Of a stretch of DNA of 64,000 nucleotides, positions 1 to 10,258 are shown one piece after another. The stretch covers positions 128,001 to 192,000 of the forward strand of contig OY970280.1 in the NCBI GenBank assembly GCA_963715865.1, written 5' to 3'. Origin of the DNA: Candidatus Bathyarchaeota archaeon. Its GTDB lineage: Archaea; Thermoproteota; Bathyarchaeia; Bathyarchaeales; Bathycorpusculaceae. Position numbers and translations under genes: made by a program. The notes beneath the pieces were generated by a model. It ran no database searches, had not been told where the DNA came from, and saw nothing but the letters and a program-made list of their open reading frames with translations. How positions within the stretch are numbered: position 1 is the first letter of the stretch; each line of letters begins with the position of its first letter.

Positions 1-276
1 TCTGATATGACGCATTATGAACCGGCAAAAACTGCAGCGGCAAAAGACCAAGCGGCACTCAAAGCGGTCACAGACATGGATGCAAAACGCTTCTACGAAA
101 CAATCGAAACACAAAACATCACAGCATGCGGTTACGCGCCAATAACAGCCTTAATCACTTATGCAAAAGGAGCCAACGCGAAAGAAGCTAAACTTTTAAA
201 CTATCACAACAGCGGCGACATAACAGGCGACTACTCAAGCGTAGTAGGATATGCAGCGGTAAGCTTCAAAAAATAG
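1..276 (+). CDS. MEMO1/AmmeMemoRadiSam protein B family, C-terminal part (5' truncated by window edge)
   Basis: TACGYAPI and YHNSGDITGDYSSVVGYAAVSF match the MEMO1 C-terminus; frame is open from base 1. Confidence 0.8.
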   Translation, partial: SDMTHYEPAKTAAAKDQAALKAVTDMDAKRFYETIETQNITACGYAPITALITYAKGANAKEAKLLNYHNSGDITGDYSSVVGYAAVSFKK

Positions 277-313
277 GTGCTCTGAAAAAACTTTAGCCCT
301 CTTATTTTGTTCT

Positions 314-967
314 TTAAGCTGAGTTCCATCGTGTGAGAGCTTGTAGTCTTTTCTTTTCTTCTTTGAGCTTTTGTATTTCGTTATACAATGTGATTGCTTC
401 CGTGAATTGCGCATTGTATTCTCGAATGGTGTCTTGCATTTCTTCTGTCCATTCAAGAAGATGCGGAAAGTATGGAATTGTTTGCCGGCTGCCTAGTGGG
501 TGTTCAAACCAGAATTCTTGGAATGTGCCTGTGTTGCCGTTAGCTGTAACATGAAATCTAAATTCTTCGAGTATTATACCTAAGTGTCCTAGTGCATTTC
601 TTACTGCGTGGTCAAGGATTTCTGGGTATTTATCGGCTATTTGCTTGTACTGATCAATAGAGTCATGCAGATGCGGCTTCTGATGCCACCACAGGGCAGG
701 ATTGTCCAGCTCGTCTTTGACTATTTTTTCACTATTTCTAACCAGTTCGTTGACTTTGGCTTTCATATTAGCTATTTGTTCTTCATCTAAATTTAAGATG
801 ACTTCAGGATACTTGGTGATGTATACTTTTGCTGTTTTTCTGTACCATTTAGAAGCAAAATCCACTGTTTCCTTGATAAATTCGAGTCTAAGTTCTTCCA
901 TGCGTGAGCGAAGAGGCAAAAGCTCAGCTTCTTTTCTCTCAATTAAAATGTCTATCTCTTCGCTCAT
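314..967 (-). CDS. Hypothetical helical/coiled-coil protein
   Basis: Long ORF (up to 233 aa from 1015); likely start MSEEID at 967; no recognised motif. Confidence 0.65.
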   Translation of the reverse strand: MSEEIDILIERKEAELLPLRSRMEELRLEFIKETVDFASKWYRKTAKVYITKYPEVILNLDEEQIANMKAKVNELVRNSEKIVKDELDNPALWWHQKPHLHDSIDQYKQIADKYPEILDHAVRNALGHLGIILEEFRFHVTANGNTGTFQEFWFEHPLGSRQTIPYFPHLLEWTEEMQDTIREYNAQFTEAITLYNEIQKLKEEKKRLQALTRWNSA

Positions 968-1469
968 ACCTTGAACAACCTCGCCCTTACCCTTTGCAAG
1001 CAAATGTGCCTTCATATTTTAATACTGCCCAATGTCATAAAAAACTTTGCGAAATTTTGCTTTTTTGATTAGTGCCCTCGACTGCCGATATATTCCCTAC
1101 TATCGATGAGTCGGTTATGAAATGAATGTACATAAAGAGCAATCAAGGGAAAAGTTGGTGTAACTTAGCACTTGTTGCATCAACTTGTTACAACATTATT
1201 TTATATTCTGTTAAATCGTAAAAAAGTTACCGAGGAAAGAACGCAAGAGGATAGCCTAACAGTTGGGCGGTCTGGCTGCTAATAGGCGATAAGGTAATCT
1301 TTGCCCACCATCGTTCTATGCCTTATCTATATTAGCGCATGGCTTGACCTACCTAACACCATTTTGCCTATTTGCCAAAGAACATTAAGACTTGTATTAG
1401 TCTTATCTGAAGTAAACGAATGTTTTTATTATAATTGGTATAATAGCTAGTTTTCAAGGTGCTACAGTA

Positions 1470-2411
1470 ATGGGTAAAGGGTCAGGTTACGGAAAAGTAA
1501 TTTTGTTTGGAGAGCACTTCGTTGTCCACGGCGTACCGGGTATTGTCTCCGCGATTGATTCCACAACTGATGCGGAAGTAAAAAAAGCGGCAAAAGGAAT
1601 CAACGTTAAAGATGAGAGAAAAACCGCTAAAGGTTACAGTGAAGAAAAGCGCCTCCAGCAACTGGAATCAATCGAAAGAATGCTAAAAACCATGGGCATT
1701 GACCCAAAAATTTCCTTAAATATATGGATAGGTGGAACTCTCCCAGGTTTCAGCGGCTTAGGCGCTTCTGCAGCAAGCAGCGTCGCCATCGCAAGAGCCA
1801 TCGCCCAAGAGCTCGGCATGCAAATTTCAGATGAGAAAATTAATCAAATAGCTTATGAAGCAGAGAAAGCGTACGCTGGCAATCCTTCAGGCATAGACAA
1901 CACCGCTGCAACTTATGGCGGTTTGATGTGGTTTAAGAAAAACATGGCTGGCGGACCAGACAAGATAGAAAAACTCCATATACGCAGACCAATCGAAATT
2001 GTCATCGGCAGCACGGGCAAAGTCGCAAACACCAAAGCCATGGTCGAAGGCGTCGCTGAACGCAAAAAGAAAAATCCAGAAAAATACGACCCAATCTTTA
2101 AACAAGCCGAAAACGTAGCGTTCGCAGGAAGAAAAGCCCTAGAAAATTATGACCTTAAAAAAGTCGGCGAACTCATGAACGAAAACCACCGCCTGCTCCA
2201 AGAAATCGGCGTATCCAGCAAAGAACTCGACATGCTAGTTGATTTAGCCCGAAAGCAAGGAGCTTTTGGTGCAAAACTCACGGGTGGAGGCGGCGGCGGA
2301 TGCATGGTAGCGTTGACGCCTGGGAAGGATTTGCAGGGCAAAGTTCTAAGCGCTATTAAATACTTAGGCTTTGAAGTGTTGAGTACAAAGATAGGCGTTG
2401 AAAAATACTAA
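1470..2411 (+). CDS. mvk: Mevalonate kinase (GHMP family)
   Basis: GKVILFGEH, PGFSGLGASAA, NPSGID and KLTGGGGGGC motifs; isoprenoid operon context. Confidence 0.9.
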   Translation: MGKGSGYGKVILFGEHFVVHGVPGIVSAIDSTTDAEVKKAAKGINVKDERKTAKGYSEEKRLQQLESIERMLKTMGIDPKISLNIWIGGTLPGFSGLGASAASSVAIARAIAQELGMQISDEKINQIAYEAEKAYAGNPSGIDNTAATYGGLMWFKKNMAGGPDKIEKLHIRRPIEIVIGSTGKVANTKAMVEGVAERKKKNPEKYDPIFKQAENVAFAGRKALENYDLKKVGELMNENHRLLQEIGVSSKELDMLVDLARKQGAFGAKLTGGGGGGCMVALTPGKDLQGKVLSAIKYLGFEVLSTKIGVEKY

Positions 2412-2423
2412 GGTTGGAGCAAA

Positions 2424-3734
2424 ATGGGGTTTAGAAATTTCATAAAAGCGCTCGATAAAAACGGTGAATTAACAATAATAACAAAGCCAGTTTCAACTGA
2501 GTATGAGATGGCGGGCATAATAAGCGCTCTCGGCGAGAAACCTGTTTATTTTGAGAAAGTAAAAGAGTCAAGTTATCCTGTCGTAGCAGGACTTGTGTCT
2601 TCAAAAGAATTGATTGCCCAGTCATTAGGCATAAGCAAAGACCAGCTGTTGCCGAAGTTGTCTGCTGCTATTGAGCATCCTGTGTCGTCGCAAGTCATAA
2701 AAAAAGGTGAGTGCCAAGAAGTAGTGGAAGGCAAGGTTGATTTAACTAAGCTTCCGATAATGCGGTACACGGAAAAGGATGGCGGAAAATACATTGCATC
2801 CGCCGTTTCCATAATAAAAGACCCTGAATTCGGCACTCAAAACATGTGCTTCCACAGACTAATGCTGCTGGACAAGAACAGGTTTGTAGCCAGAATCGTT
2901 GAGAACAGAGGAACAGACACAGCCCTCAAGAAGGCTGGCGGAGAACTAGACATTGCCATTTGCATAGGTAACTCAACCGCTGTTCTTCTATCCGCAGCCA
3001 CAACTATGCCTATGGGTGTTGACGAGTTGGGAATGGCTAACGCACTTGAGGAAACAGCATTAGTGAAGTGTAAGACCGTTGACCTTGAAGTGCCCAAAGA
3101 CTGCGAAATAGTGTTAGAAGGAAGAATAACAAAGGAAAAAACCACTGAAGGACCATTTCTGGACACAACAGGAACCATCGACCGGATAAGACAGCAACCC
3201 ATAATTGAAATTAAATGCGTCACTCACCGAGAAAAGCCAATTTATCAAACATTACTTCCAGGAAGAAGGGAACATCAATTCTTAATGGGGATGCCCAAAG
3301 AACCTACAATCTTCAACGAAGTGAACAAAGTCTGCGAATGCAAAGACGTTTACATAACACCAGGCGGATGTAGTTGGCTCCATGCGGTTGTGCAAATAAA
3401 GAAGAAAAACCAAGATGACGGGAAAAAAGCCATCAGCGCCGCTTTTGAAGGACACAAGTCGCTGAAGCACTGTGTCATAGTAGACGACGACATAGACATC
3501 TATAATCCTCACGATGTCGAATGGGCTATCGCTACCAGATTCCAAGCAGACAAAAATGTCGTAATCTTGCCAAACCAGCCTGGGTCGTCTTTGGACCCAT
3601 CAGGAGATTTGACTGAAGGCAAAAAGGCAACAACTTGCAAGATGGGGTTAGATGCTACAATCCCGTTTGGAAAAACAGATAAAAGCTTCACGAAAGAACA
3701 ATATCGAAAAGTTGAGCTGAACAAGTTCTTGTGA
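2424..3734 (+). CDS. UbiD-family decarboxylase, probable anhydromevalonate phosphate decarboxylase
   Basis: UbiD features (EGPF, VVDDDIDI, WAIATRFQAD, GLDAT); lies between mvk and the AcnX genes. Confidence 0.85.
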   Translation: MGFRNFIKALDKNGELTIITKPVSTEYEMAGIISALGEKPVYFEKVKESSYPVVAGLVSSKELIAQSLGISKDQLLPKLSAAIEHPVSSQVIKKGECQEVVEGKVDLTKLPIMRYTEKDGGKYIASAVSIIKDPEFGTQNMCFHRLMLLDKNRFVARIVENRGTDTALKKAGGELDIAICIGNSTAVLLSAATTMPMGVDELGMANALEETALVKCKTVDLEVPKDCEIVLEGRITKEKTTEGPFLDTTGTIDRIRQQPIIEIKCVTHREKPIYQTLLPGRREHQFLMGMPKEPTIFNEVNKVCECKDVYITPGGCSWLHAVVQIKKKNQDDGKKAISAAFEGHKSLKHCVIVDDDIDIYNPHDVEWAIATRFQADKNVVILPNQPGSSLDPSGDLTEGKKATTCKMGLDATIPFGKTDKSFTKEQYRKVELNKFL

Positions 3735-3739
3735 TTAGC

Positions 3740-4939
3740 ATGTTTCTGACAGAGAAAGAGCAACGAATGCTTGATGGGGCTGAAGGCTATGCTGTACGCA
3801 AAAGCATGGAAATTCTCGTCGCGTTAGGCGACATTTACGACGCAAAAAGCCTAATCAAAGTGGGCAGCGTCCAAGTGGCAGGCGTATCATATCACAACCT
3901 CGGTGACGCAGGCTTAGAATTCCTAAACGAGTTGGCAAAAGACGGCAAAGTCCGAGTCCTCACCACCCTGAACCCTGCAGGAATGGACTTGGAAAACTGG
4001 CAGCAACTAGGCATCAGCCCAGAATTCGCTGAAAAACAAAACCTCGTAATAGACGCTTTCAAAAAAATGGGCATACTCATCAGCTGCACATGCACACCCT
4101 ACTTGATAGGTAATTTGCCGCTTTACGGCGAACACATCGCATGGTCCGAAAGCTCAGCGGTCACTTTCGCAAACTCAGTGCTTGGCGCAAAAACAAACCG
4201 CGAAGGCGGACCATCCGCGTTAGCGGCAGCATTCGTGGGCAAAACACCATGTTACGGATTGCATTTGGATGAGAACAGAGTGCCCGAGGTTCACGTGCAG
4301 GTGAACGCTGAATTAACTAAGCTCTCAGACTGGGGCGCATTAGGCTATGCTATTGGCAAAAAAGCGGAAAACAAAATTCCCTACATAACAGGCATAAAAA
4401 CGGCTGACTTAGATGAACTCAAATCGTTCTGCGCCTCCGTTGTGACTTATGGCGCGAAACCGCTTTTCTACATGAAAGGCATAACGCCCGCGGCAGAGCA
4501 GCAGCCTCAACCGAAAGAGACAGTTACAATCGAACAAGGCGACATCAAAAACGCTTACGACAACATCAACGATGAAGTAAGCGACATAGAACTGGTGTGC
4601 GTTGGTTGTCCGCATTGTTCAATTAACGAAATCGCCAAAGTCGCTGAGTTGCTGAAAGGCAAAAAGGTGGCTGAGGGCACGGAGTTTTGGGTTGCCACTT
4701 CAAGAACAGCCAAACAACTAGCCGACAAACGCGGCTACACCCAAGTCATAGAGACGGCTGGCGCCAAGTTTGCCTGCGACACGTGCATGGCAGTTGCACC
4801 GTTGAAGGGCAGGTTTAAGTCGTTGGCAACGACCTCGGCGAAAGGCTGCTTCTATTCAAGGCAGAACAACATGAAAACAAAAATGGGCAGCATGGAAGAA
4901 TGTGTTGAGGCAGCGGTGACTGGAAAATGGAGCAGTTAA
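3740..4939 (+). CDS. Aconitase X catalytic subunit, probable phosphomevalonate dehydratase large subunit
   Basis: TTLNP, CTCTPY, WSESSA, NREGGPSAL and GCPHCS motifs; ATG at 3740. Confidence 0.9.
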   Translation: MFLTEKEQRMLDGAEGYAVRKSMEILVALGDIYDAKSLIKVGSVQVAGVSYHNLGDAGLEFLNELAKDGKVRVLTTLNPAGMDLENWQQLGISPEFAEKQNLVIDAFKKMGILISCTCTPYLIGNLPLYGEHIAWSESSAVTFANSVLGAKTNREGGPSALAAAFVGKTPCYGLHLDENRVPEVHVQVNAELTKLSDWGALGYAIGKKAENKIPYITGIKTADLDELKSFCASVVTYGAKPLFYMKGITPAAEQQPQPKETVTIEQGDIKNAYDNINDEVSDIELVCVGCPHCSINEIAKVAELLKGKKVAEGTEFWVATSRTAKQLADKRGYTQVIETAGAKFACDTCMAVAPLKGRFKSLATTSAKGCFYSRQNNMKTKMGSMEECVEAAVTGKWSS

Positions 4940-5313
4940 AAGGCAGATTAATCTCAAAAGGCAAAGGCGAAGGCGAAGCACTCGTCACAACTCAGCCCAT
5001 ATCATTTTACGGCGGCGTAGACCCGAACACGGGCGTCGTCATCGAAAAAGGGCATGAGTTGCAGGGACAAAGCGTGAAGGGCAAAATCCTCGTGTTCCCA
5101 ACTGGCAAAGGCTCAACCGTTGGCTCTTACACGCTGTATCGAATGAAGAAGAACGGCACCGCGCCTGCGGGCATAGTTAACAGGGAATGCGAAACCGTAG
5201 TGGCAGTCGGCGTCATAATCAGCGAAATCCCCTGCGTTGACAAAGTTGACATTTCAAAGTTCAAAACAGGCGACAAAGTTTACATAGAAAACGATACCAT
5301 CACAATAAGATAA
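4927..5313 (+). CDS. Aconitase X swivel subunit (DUF126), phosphomevalonate dehydratase small subunit
   Basis: ISFYGGVDP and GKGSTVGSY; overlaps the large-subunit gene. Confidence 0.9.
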   Translation: MEQLKGRLISKGKGEGEALVTTQPISFYGGVDPNTGVVIEKGHELQGQSVKGKILVFPTGKGSTVGSYTLYRMKKNGTAPAGIVNRECETVVAVGVIISEIPCVDKVDISKFKTGDKVYIENDTITIR

Positions 5314-5645
5314 GCAGGCATTTTTCCCAAATTTTTGCAGCTTTAGCGCGTAAAAGTGCATATTTACCTCTTGGCTTTAGTAGCCTCCGAGATGTGTGTG
5401 CTCTACATTCTACCGAATTAATCAAAATGAGAGAGAGCTTACACGTGTGGATGTAACAAATTAAAACGTAAAACAGACTCTTTTAGCTCTTTGGTTCTCA
5501 TATAGACTGATAGGAGCTCCTGTTAGCTGAAGCGGATGAACATGTTAAATATAATCGCACTTTCCTGATAGCTTCTGTTTATCCACCAGTGTTTTCAAGT
5601 GAGCCCTAAATGGAGCGAGGGGTTTTTGGGGAAAACTTATATTCA

Positions 5646-5664
5646 TGGTTGGATAATCCAACCA
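5646..5664. promoter_or_regulatory. Perfect 19-bp palindrome TGGTTGGATAATCCAACCA, candidate operator
   Basis: Directly downstream of TATA-like AAAACTTATATT and just upstream of the beta-propeller gene start. Confidence 0.5.
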
Positions 5665-5673
5665 GCTAAGGAG

Positions 5674-7037
5674 ATGAGAGAATTAACGACAAAAAACCAA
5701 TAATCCTTCTGGGGCTTTTGTGTTTATCGATGTTTTCAGCTTTTGCGCCAAAAGTGAATTCCCAACAGTCCACTGTAGATTGGTCGCCCATGTTTCATCA
5801 TGACCTAGCGCACACAGGTTACTCCTCTTCAACAGGGCCGCTCACAAATGAATCCTTATGGAGCTTTCCGACAGATAATTCTCTGGAATATCTTTCTCCC
5901 GCTGTTGTCAATGGGGTAGTTTACGTCGGTTCTGACGATGATAGTGTTTATGCTTTGAATGCTACAACTGGTTCCAAGATTTGGAGTTACGCGACGGGTG
6001 GTGCTGTCGAGTCTTCTCCTGCGGTTGCAAACGGCGTGGTTTACATAGGCTCAGACGACCATAATGTCTATGCTTTGAACGTCATAACGGGCGTTAAGAT
6101 ATGGAACTACACTACTGGTGGTGAGGTGTATTCTTCGCCTTCTGTAGTTAATGGGGTGGTTTACGTTGGCTCAAATGACTTTAATGTTTATGCTTTAAAT
6201 GCTGCAACGGGTAGCAAGATATGGAGTTACTCGACTGGCAATTACGTTTATTCTTCGCCTGCGGTCGTTAACGGCGTGGTCTACGTCGACTCGTACATCG
6301 ACGTTTATGCTTTGAACGCTAAATCTGGCAGCAAAATCTGGAGCTACGCTACAGGTGGCGCAATGTTTTCTTCTCCTGCAGTTGTTAATGGTCTATTGTA
6401 CGTTGGCTCAAACGATAACGTTTATGCTTTGAACGCTAAAGCCGGCAGCAAAATATGGAACTACACTACCGGTGGTGTCGTGGAGTCTTCCCCTGCGGTC
6501 GCTAACGGCGTGGTTTACGTTGGCTCAGACGACAACAACATTTATGCTTTGAACGCTGAAACGGGTGGCAAGATATGGAGCTATGCGACCGGCAATATCG
6601 TAGATTCAAGTCCATTTGTTGCTAACGGCGTGGTTTACGTTGGCTCAGAGGACGATAATGTTTACGCTTTAAACGCTACAACAGGCGGCAAAATATGGAG
6701 CTTTGCGACGGGTAGTGCCGTGGAGTCTTCTCCTGCGGTAGTTAATGGGGTGGTTTACGTTGGCTCAGACGACAACAACGTGTACGCTTTTGGTTCAATT
6801 GCAGTTCCTCAACCGTCCCCACCCTTGCCTTCTCCGTCTCCTTCGTCCAGTCCTTCTGCTTCTTCAAAACCCTCAACTTCAACAATTAGTAATGGTTCCC
6901 TTTTTATTATCATAGGCATTATCATAATTGTAGTCATAATCATAGGTTTAGTAGTTGGACTTAGTGTGAAAAAAAGCACATCAAAAACCAATAACTCAAC
7001 AATGTGCACTGCTTTGTCCCGTGCTAATTATCCATAA
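5674..7037 (+). CDS. Secreted, C-terminally anchored PQQ-like (BamB-type) beta-propeller protein
   Basis: About 8 tandem 40-aa repeats WSYATGGxVxSSPAVxNGVVYVGSxDxNVYALNA, Pro/Ser linker, C-terminal TM helix. ORF track starts at 5718; ATG 5674 gives a better signal peptide if one A is missing in the A-run at 5691-5696. Confidence 0.85.
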
Positions 7038-7266
7038 TTCTTTACGCGTTTAACTGCTTGAGCTATTCGGTTAGTTTTCCTTTTGTTGTTATAAGCGACA
7101 GTGATTGGCTGACAGACAGAGTGACAAGCATCATTCTCTTTTTTGTGTGTGTGGGATTAAAATTTAATTAGTTACCTAATTTCACCACTCACTTAGGGCT
7201 TTTGTGTTAGTCTCGGTAATGCTTTTCAATAAGTGCCATAATATCAAAGGTGAAGGTGCAAAGAAG

Positions 7267-8070
7267 TTGAATGAGGCGAAACCAGTAATCCTTAAAATCG
7301 GCGGCTCAGCCATCACCGACAAAACAGGGGAATTAGCCGCGAAAACAGAAGTGATAAACCGCTTAGCGGAGGAAATCAAGCGGGCGGATCTTGATAACTT
7401 GATAATTGTTCATGGCGGCGGCAGCTTTGGCCACCCGACCGCGCAGAAGTACGGCATAAAAGACGGCTACAAAAATGAGCCAACACAAAAACTCGGCTTC
7501 GCCGAAACCCACCATGTAATGACTGTGCTGAACGGGTTAGTTATGGATGCGCTTATTTGGCATGAAATTCCAGCCGTAAGCATAGCGCCATCATCCTGCA
7601 TCATAACTGAGAATGGCAAGGTTAAATTTTTTGACGAAACCGTCCTCAAAGCAATAGCGAAAATGGTGTTTACGCCTGTTCTGTATGGAGATGCAGTTTT
7701 AGATGACAAATTAGGCTTCACAGTCCTTTCAGGCGACCAATTGGTTGCTTACTTAGCAATCAAGTATAAGGCTTCAAAAATCGTGGTAGGCGTGGATACA
7801 GACGGCTTGTTTGATGCTGACCCGAAAACTAACCCGAACGCGAAGCCATACAAGCACTTAACGCTGGCAGAGTTAAAGCAGATTCAGCCTAAACTCGGCA
7901 AGGCGGCAGGCGCAGATGTTACAGGCGGCATGGCGGGCAAAATCGCTGAGCTTATCCCCGCTATAGAGCAGGGAATTCCCGTTACAGTTACAGGTGCCAC
8001 GAAAGCGTTATCTATTTACAGAGCACTAACAGACCAAAGTGTATTAGGCACTGAAATCGAGAAGGCGTAA
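7267..8070 (+). CDS. ipk: Isopentenyl phosphate kinase
   Basis: LKIGGSAITDK, HGGGSFGH, SGDQL and DVTGGMAGK; amino-acid-kinase fold; probable TTG start at 7267. Confidence 0.9.
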   Translation: MNEAKPVILKIGGSAITDKTGELAAKTEVINRLAEEIKRADLDNLIIVHGGGSFGHPTAQKYGIKDGYKNEPTQKLGFAETHHVMTVLNGLVMDALIWHEIPAVSIAPSSCIITENGKVKFFDETVLKAIAKMVFTPVLYGDAVLDDKLGFTVLSGDQLVAYLAIKYKASKIVVGVDTDGLFDADPKTNPNAKPYKHLTLAELKQIQPKLGKAAGADVTGGMAGKIAELIPAIEQGIPVTVTGATKALSIYRALTDQSVLGTEIEKA

Positions 8071-8071
8071 G

Positions 8072-9160
8072 ATGGCTGAAAAAACCGAAAAACGCAAAGC
8101 AGAACACATAAGAATTTGCTTAGAACAAAAAGCCCAAGCAAGAAAAGCCACCGCAGGCTTCGAAGACATCCAACTGATTCACAGAGCCCTGCCAGAAGTT
8201 GACAGGCAAAAAATCAGATTATCCACATCTTTCTTGGGCAAACAACTCTCGGCGCCATTAATTGTTGGCGCCATGACAGGCGGAACAGAAGAAGCAACCC
8301 AAATAAACGCTTCAATCGCAGAAGCCGTGGAAAAACTTGGTTTGGGCATGGGTGTAGGAAGCCAAAGAGCAGCCATCGAAGACAAAAAACTCGAAAAAAC
8401 CTACGCCATAGCACGCAAAAAAGCGCCTTCTGCCTTCTTAATTGCCAACATCGGCGGAGTACAACTTGTTCACGGATACGGCTTAAAAGAAGTCAAAAAA
8501 GTCATTGAAATGATAGATGCCGATGCTGTGGCGGTGCACTTGAATGCGGTGCAGGAAGCGGTTCAGCCTGAAGGACAAACCAACTTCAAAGGCGTATTAA
8601 CGAAAATCGGCGAAATTGCAGGTGAACTTGACAAGCCTGTGATAGTTAAAGAGACAGGTTGCGGCATTTCAGCGGAAGATGCAAAGGCGCTTGAGGCTGC
8701 AGGCGTAAAAGCCATAGATGTCGGCGGCGTAGGCGGAACAAGTTTTGCAGCTGTTGAATATTACCGTTCAACAAACCTAAATAATATGGGCGAAGTTTTT
8801 TGGGATTGGGGCATCCCGACCGCTGTAAGCCTAATTGAAACGACACAGAGCGTGAAGATTCCAGTGATTGCTTCTGGCGGAGTACGAAGCGGCTTAGATA
8901 TAGCTAAGTCTTTAGCGTTAAACGCAAGCTTAGCCAGCATCTCTCAGCCTGTGCTTGAAGCTGCAGTTAAAGGGGCAAAGGAAACTGAGAAATTGCTTTC
9001 TCGTTTAATTGATGAGTTGCGTAATGCTATGTTTCTTGTGGGCGCTGAGAACCTTGAATCCTTAGCTAAAGTGCCCGTAGTCATAAGTGGAAAAACTGCA
9101 GGGTGGCTAAACATGAGAGGCTTCAGCATAAAGAAGTATGCGCAGAGAGGAGCACGTTAA
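8072..9160 (+). CDS. fni: Type 2 isopentenyl-diphosphate delta-isomerase
   Basis: RKAEHI, AMTGG, GVGSQR, HLNAVQE, VKETGCG and ASGGVR. Confidence 0.95.
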   Translation: MAEKTEKRKAEHIRICLEQKAQARKATAGFEDIQLIHRALPEVDRQKIRLSTSFLGKQLSAPLIVGAMTGGTEEATQINASIAEAVEKLGLGMGVGSQRAAIEDKKLEKTYAIARKKAPSAFLIANIGGVQLVHGYGLKEVKKVIEMIDADAVAVHLNAVQEAVQPEGQTNFKGVLTKIGEIAGELDKPVIVKETGCGISAEDAKALEAAGVKAIDVGGVGGTSFAAVEYYRSTNLNNMGEVFWDWGIPTAVSLIETTQSVKIPVIASGGVRSGLDIAKSLALNASLASISQPVLEAAVKGAKETEKLLSRLIDELRNAMFLVGAENLESLAKVPVVISGKTAGWLNMRGFSIKKYAQRGAR

Positions 9161-9163
9161 CGT

Positions 9164-10236
9164 TTGGATATTGAAAAGTTTCTTGAAGAAAAGGCACCCT
9201 TAATCGACAAGGCTATTGAAAAGTATATTCCGCGAAAATTCAGCAAAACCTCGGTTCTCTTCAAGGTTAATCCGCCAATGTACAGTTACAACTTACAACC
9301 CCTAAACAAAGCCATTGCAGAGCCCGTCTGGGACATGCTGGATAGGGGCGGAAAAAGGTGGCGTCCAGCCCTCTTCCTATTGATCTGCGAAGCATTAGGC
9401 AAAGACTCAGATTACTGTTTAGACTTCTCCATTATCCCCGAAGTCATCCATAACGGCACGCTGGTTATTGACGATATTGAAGATTCCTCGGAATTGCGGC
9501 GAGGCAAACCGTGCACATACAAAATTTTCAAAACGGACATCGCTGTTAACGCTGGAAACGCCATGTATTACCTGCCGCTTCTGCCGTTAATGACGCAAAA
9601 AGCAAAACTTACCCCTGAAATGCAACGAGACGTTTACGAGGTTTACGTGCAAGAAATGATTAACCTTAGCATGGGACAAGCCATGGACATTGCATGGCAC
9701 AGGGGCATAGCTAACGCGGACGCATTAGACGAAGAGGATTACTTGCAGATGTGCGCTTACAAAACAGGCACTCTGGCACGCATGGCAGCAAAAATGGCGG
9801 CGGTGCTAGCAGGCGCCAACAAGCCACTAGTTGAAAAACTGGGACGGTTCGCCGAAAGCATAGGAGTCGCGTTCCAAATGCAGGACGACGTTTTAGATTT
9901 AACTGGTGTAGAGTTTGCCAAAAAGAAAGGTGGCGTTGGACAGGATATTACTGAGGGCAAAAGAAGCATTAATGGTTATTTACACGCTGAAAAAGGCGAA
10001 TAGCGCTGACAACAAGCGGCTTATTGAAATTTTGAACATGCACACTTCCGACCAAGCCTTACGGGACGAAGCAATATCCTTGATGCAAAAGTACAATGCC
10101 ATAGAACATGTTAAGCGTACAGCAGCGCGGATTGTTGAGGAAAGCTGGATTGAAGCTGAAAAGCTTTTGCCGACGCCTGAGGCTAAGGAAAAATTAAAAG
10201 CGTTCGCCGAATTCTTGATTAAAACGAAACAAGTAA
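9164..10236 (+). CDS. idsA: Geranylgeranyl diphosphate synthase (frameshifted in this sequence)
   Basis: GGKRWRP, FARM DDIED, KTG, SARM QDD. An extra A at ~9968 joins ORFs 9164-10003 and 9915-10253; a second extra A at ~10221 would give the ending LIKRNK* at 10236. Confidence 0.88.
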
Positions 10237-10258
10237 CATTTCAGCGAGCGTAAAAATA

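Noticed and set aside
5860-6800. Regular ~120-bp repeats that could be taken for a CRISPR array or tandem DNA repeat
   Set aside because: They are in-frame, codon-degenerate beta-propeller repeats inside a CDS, with no unique spacers or cas genes
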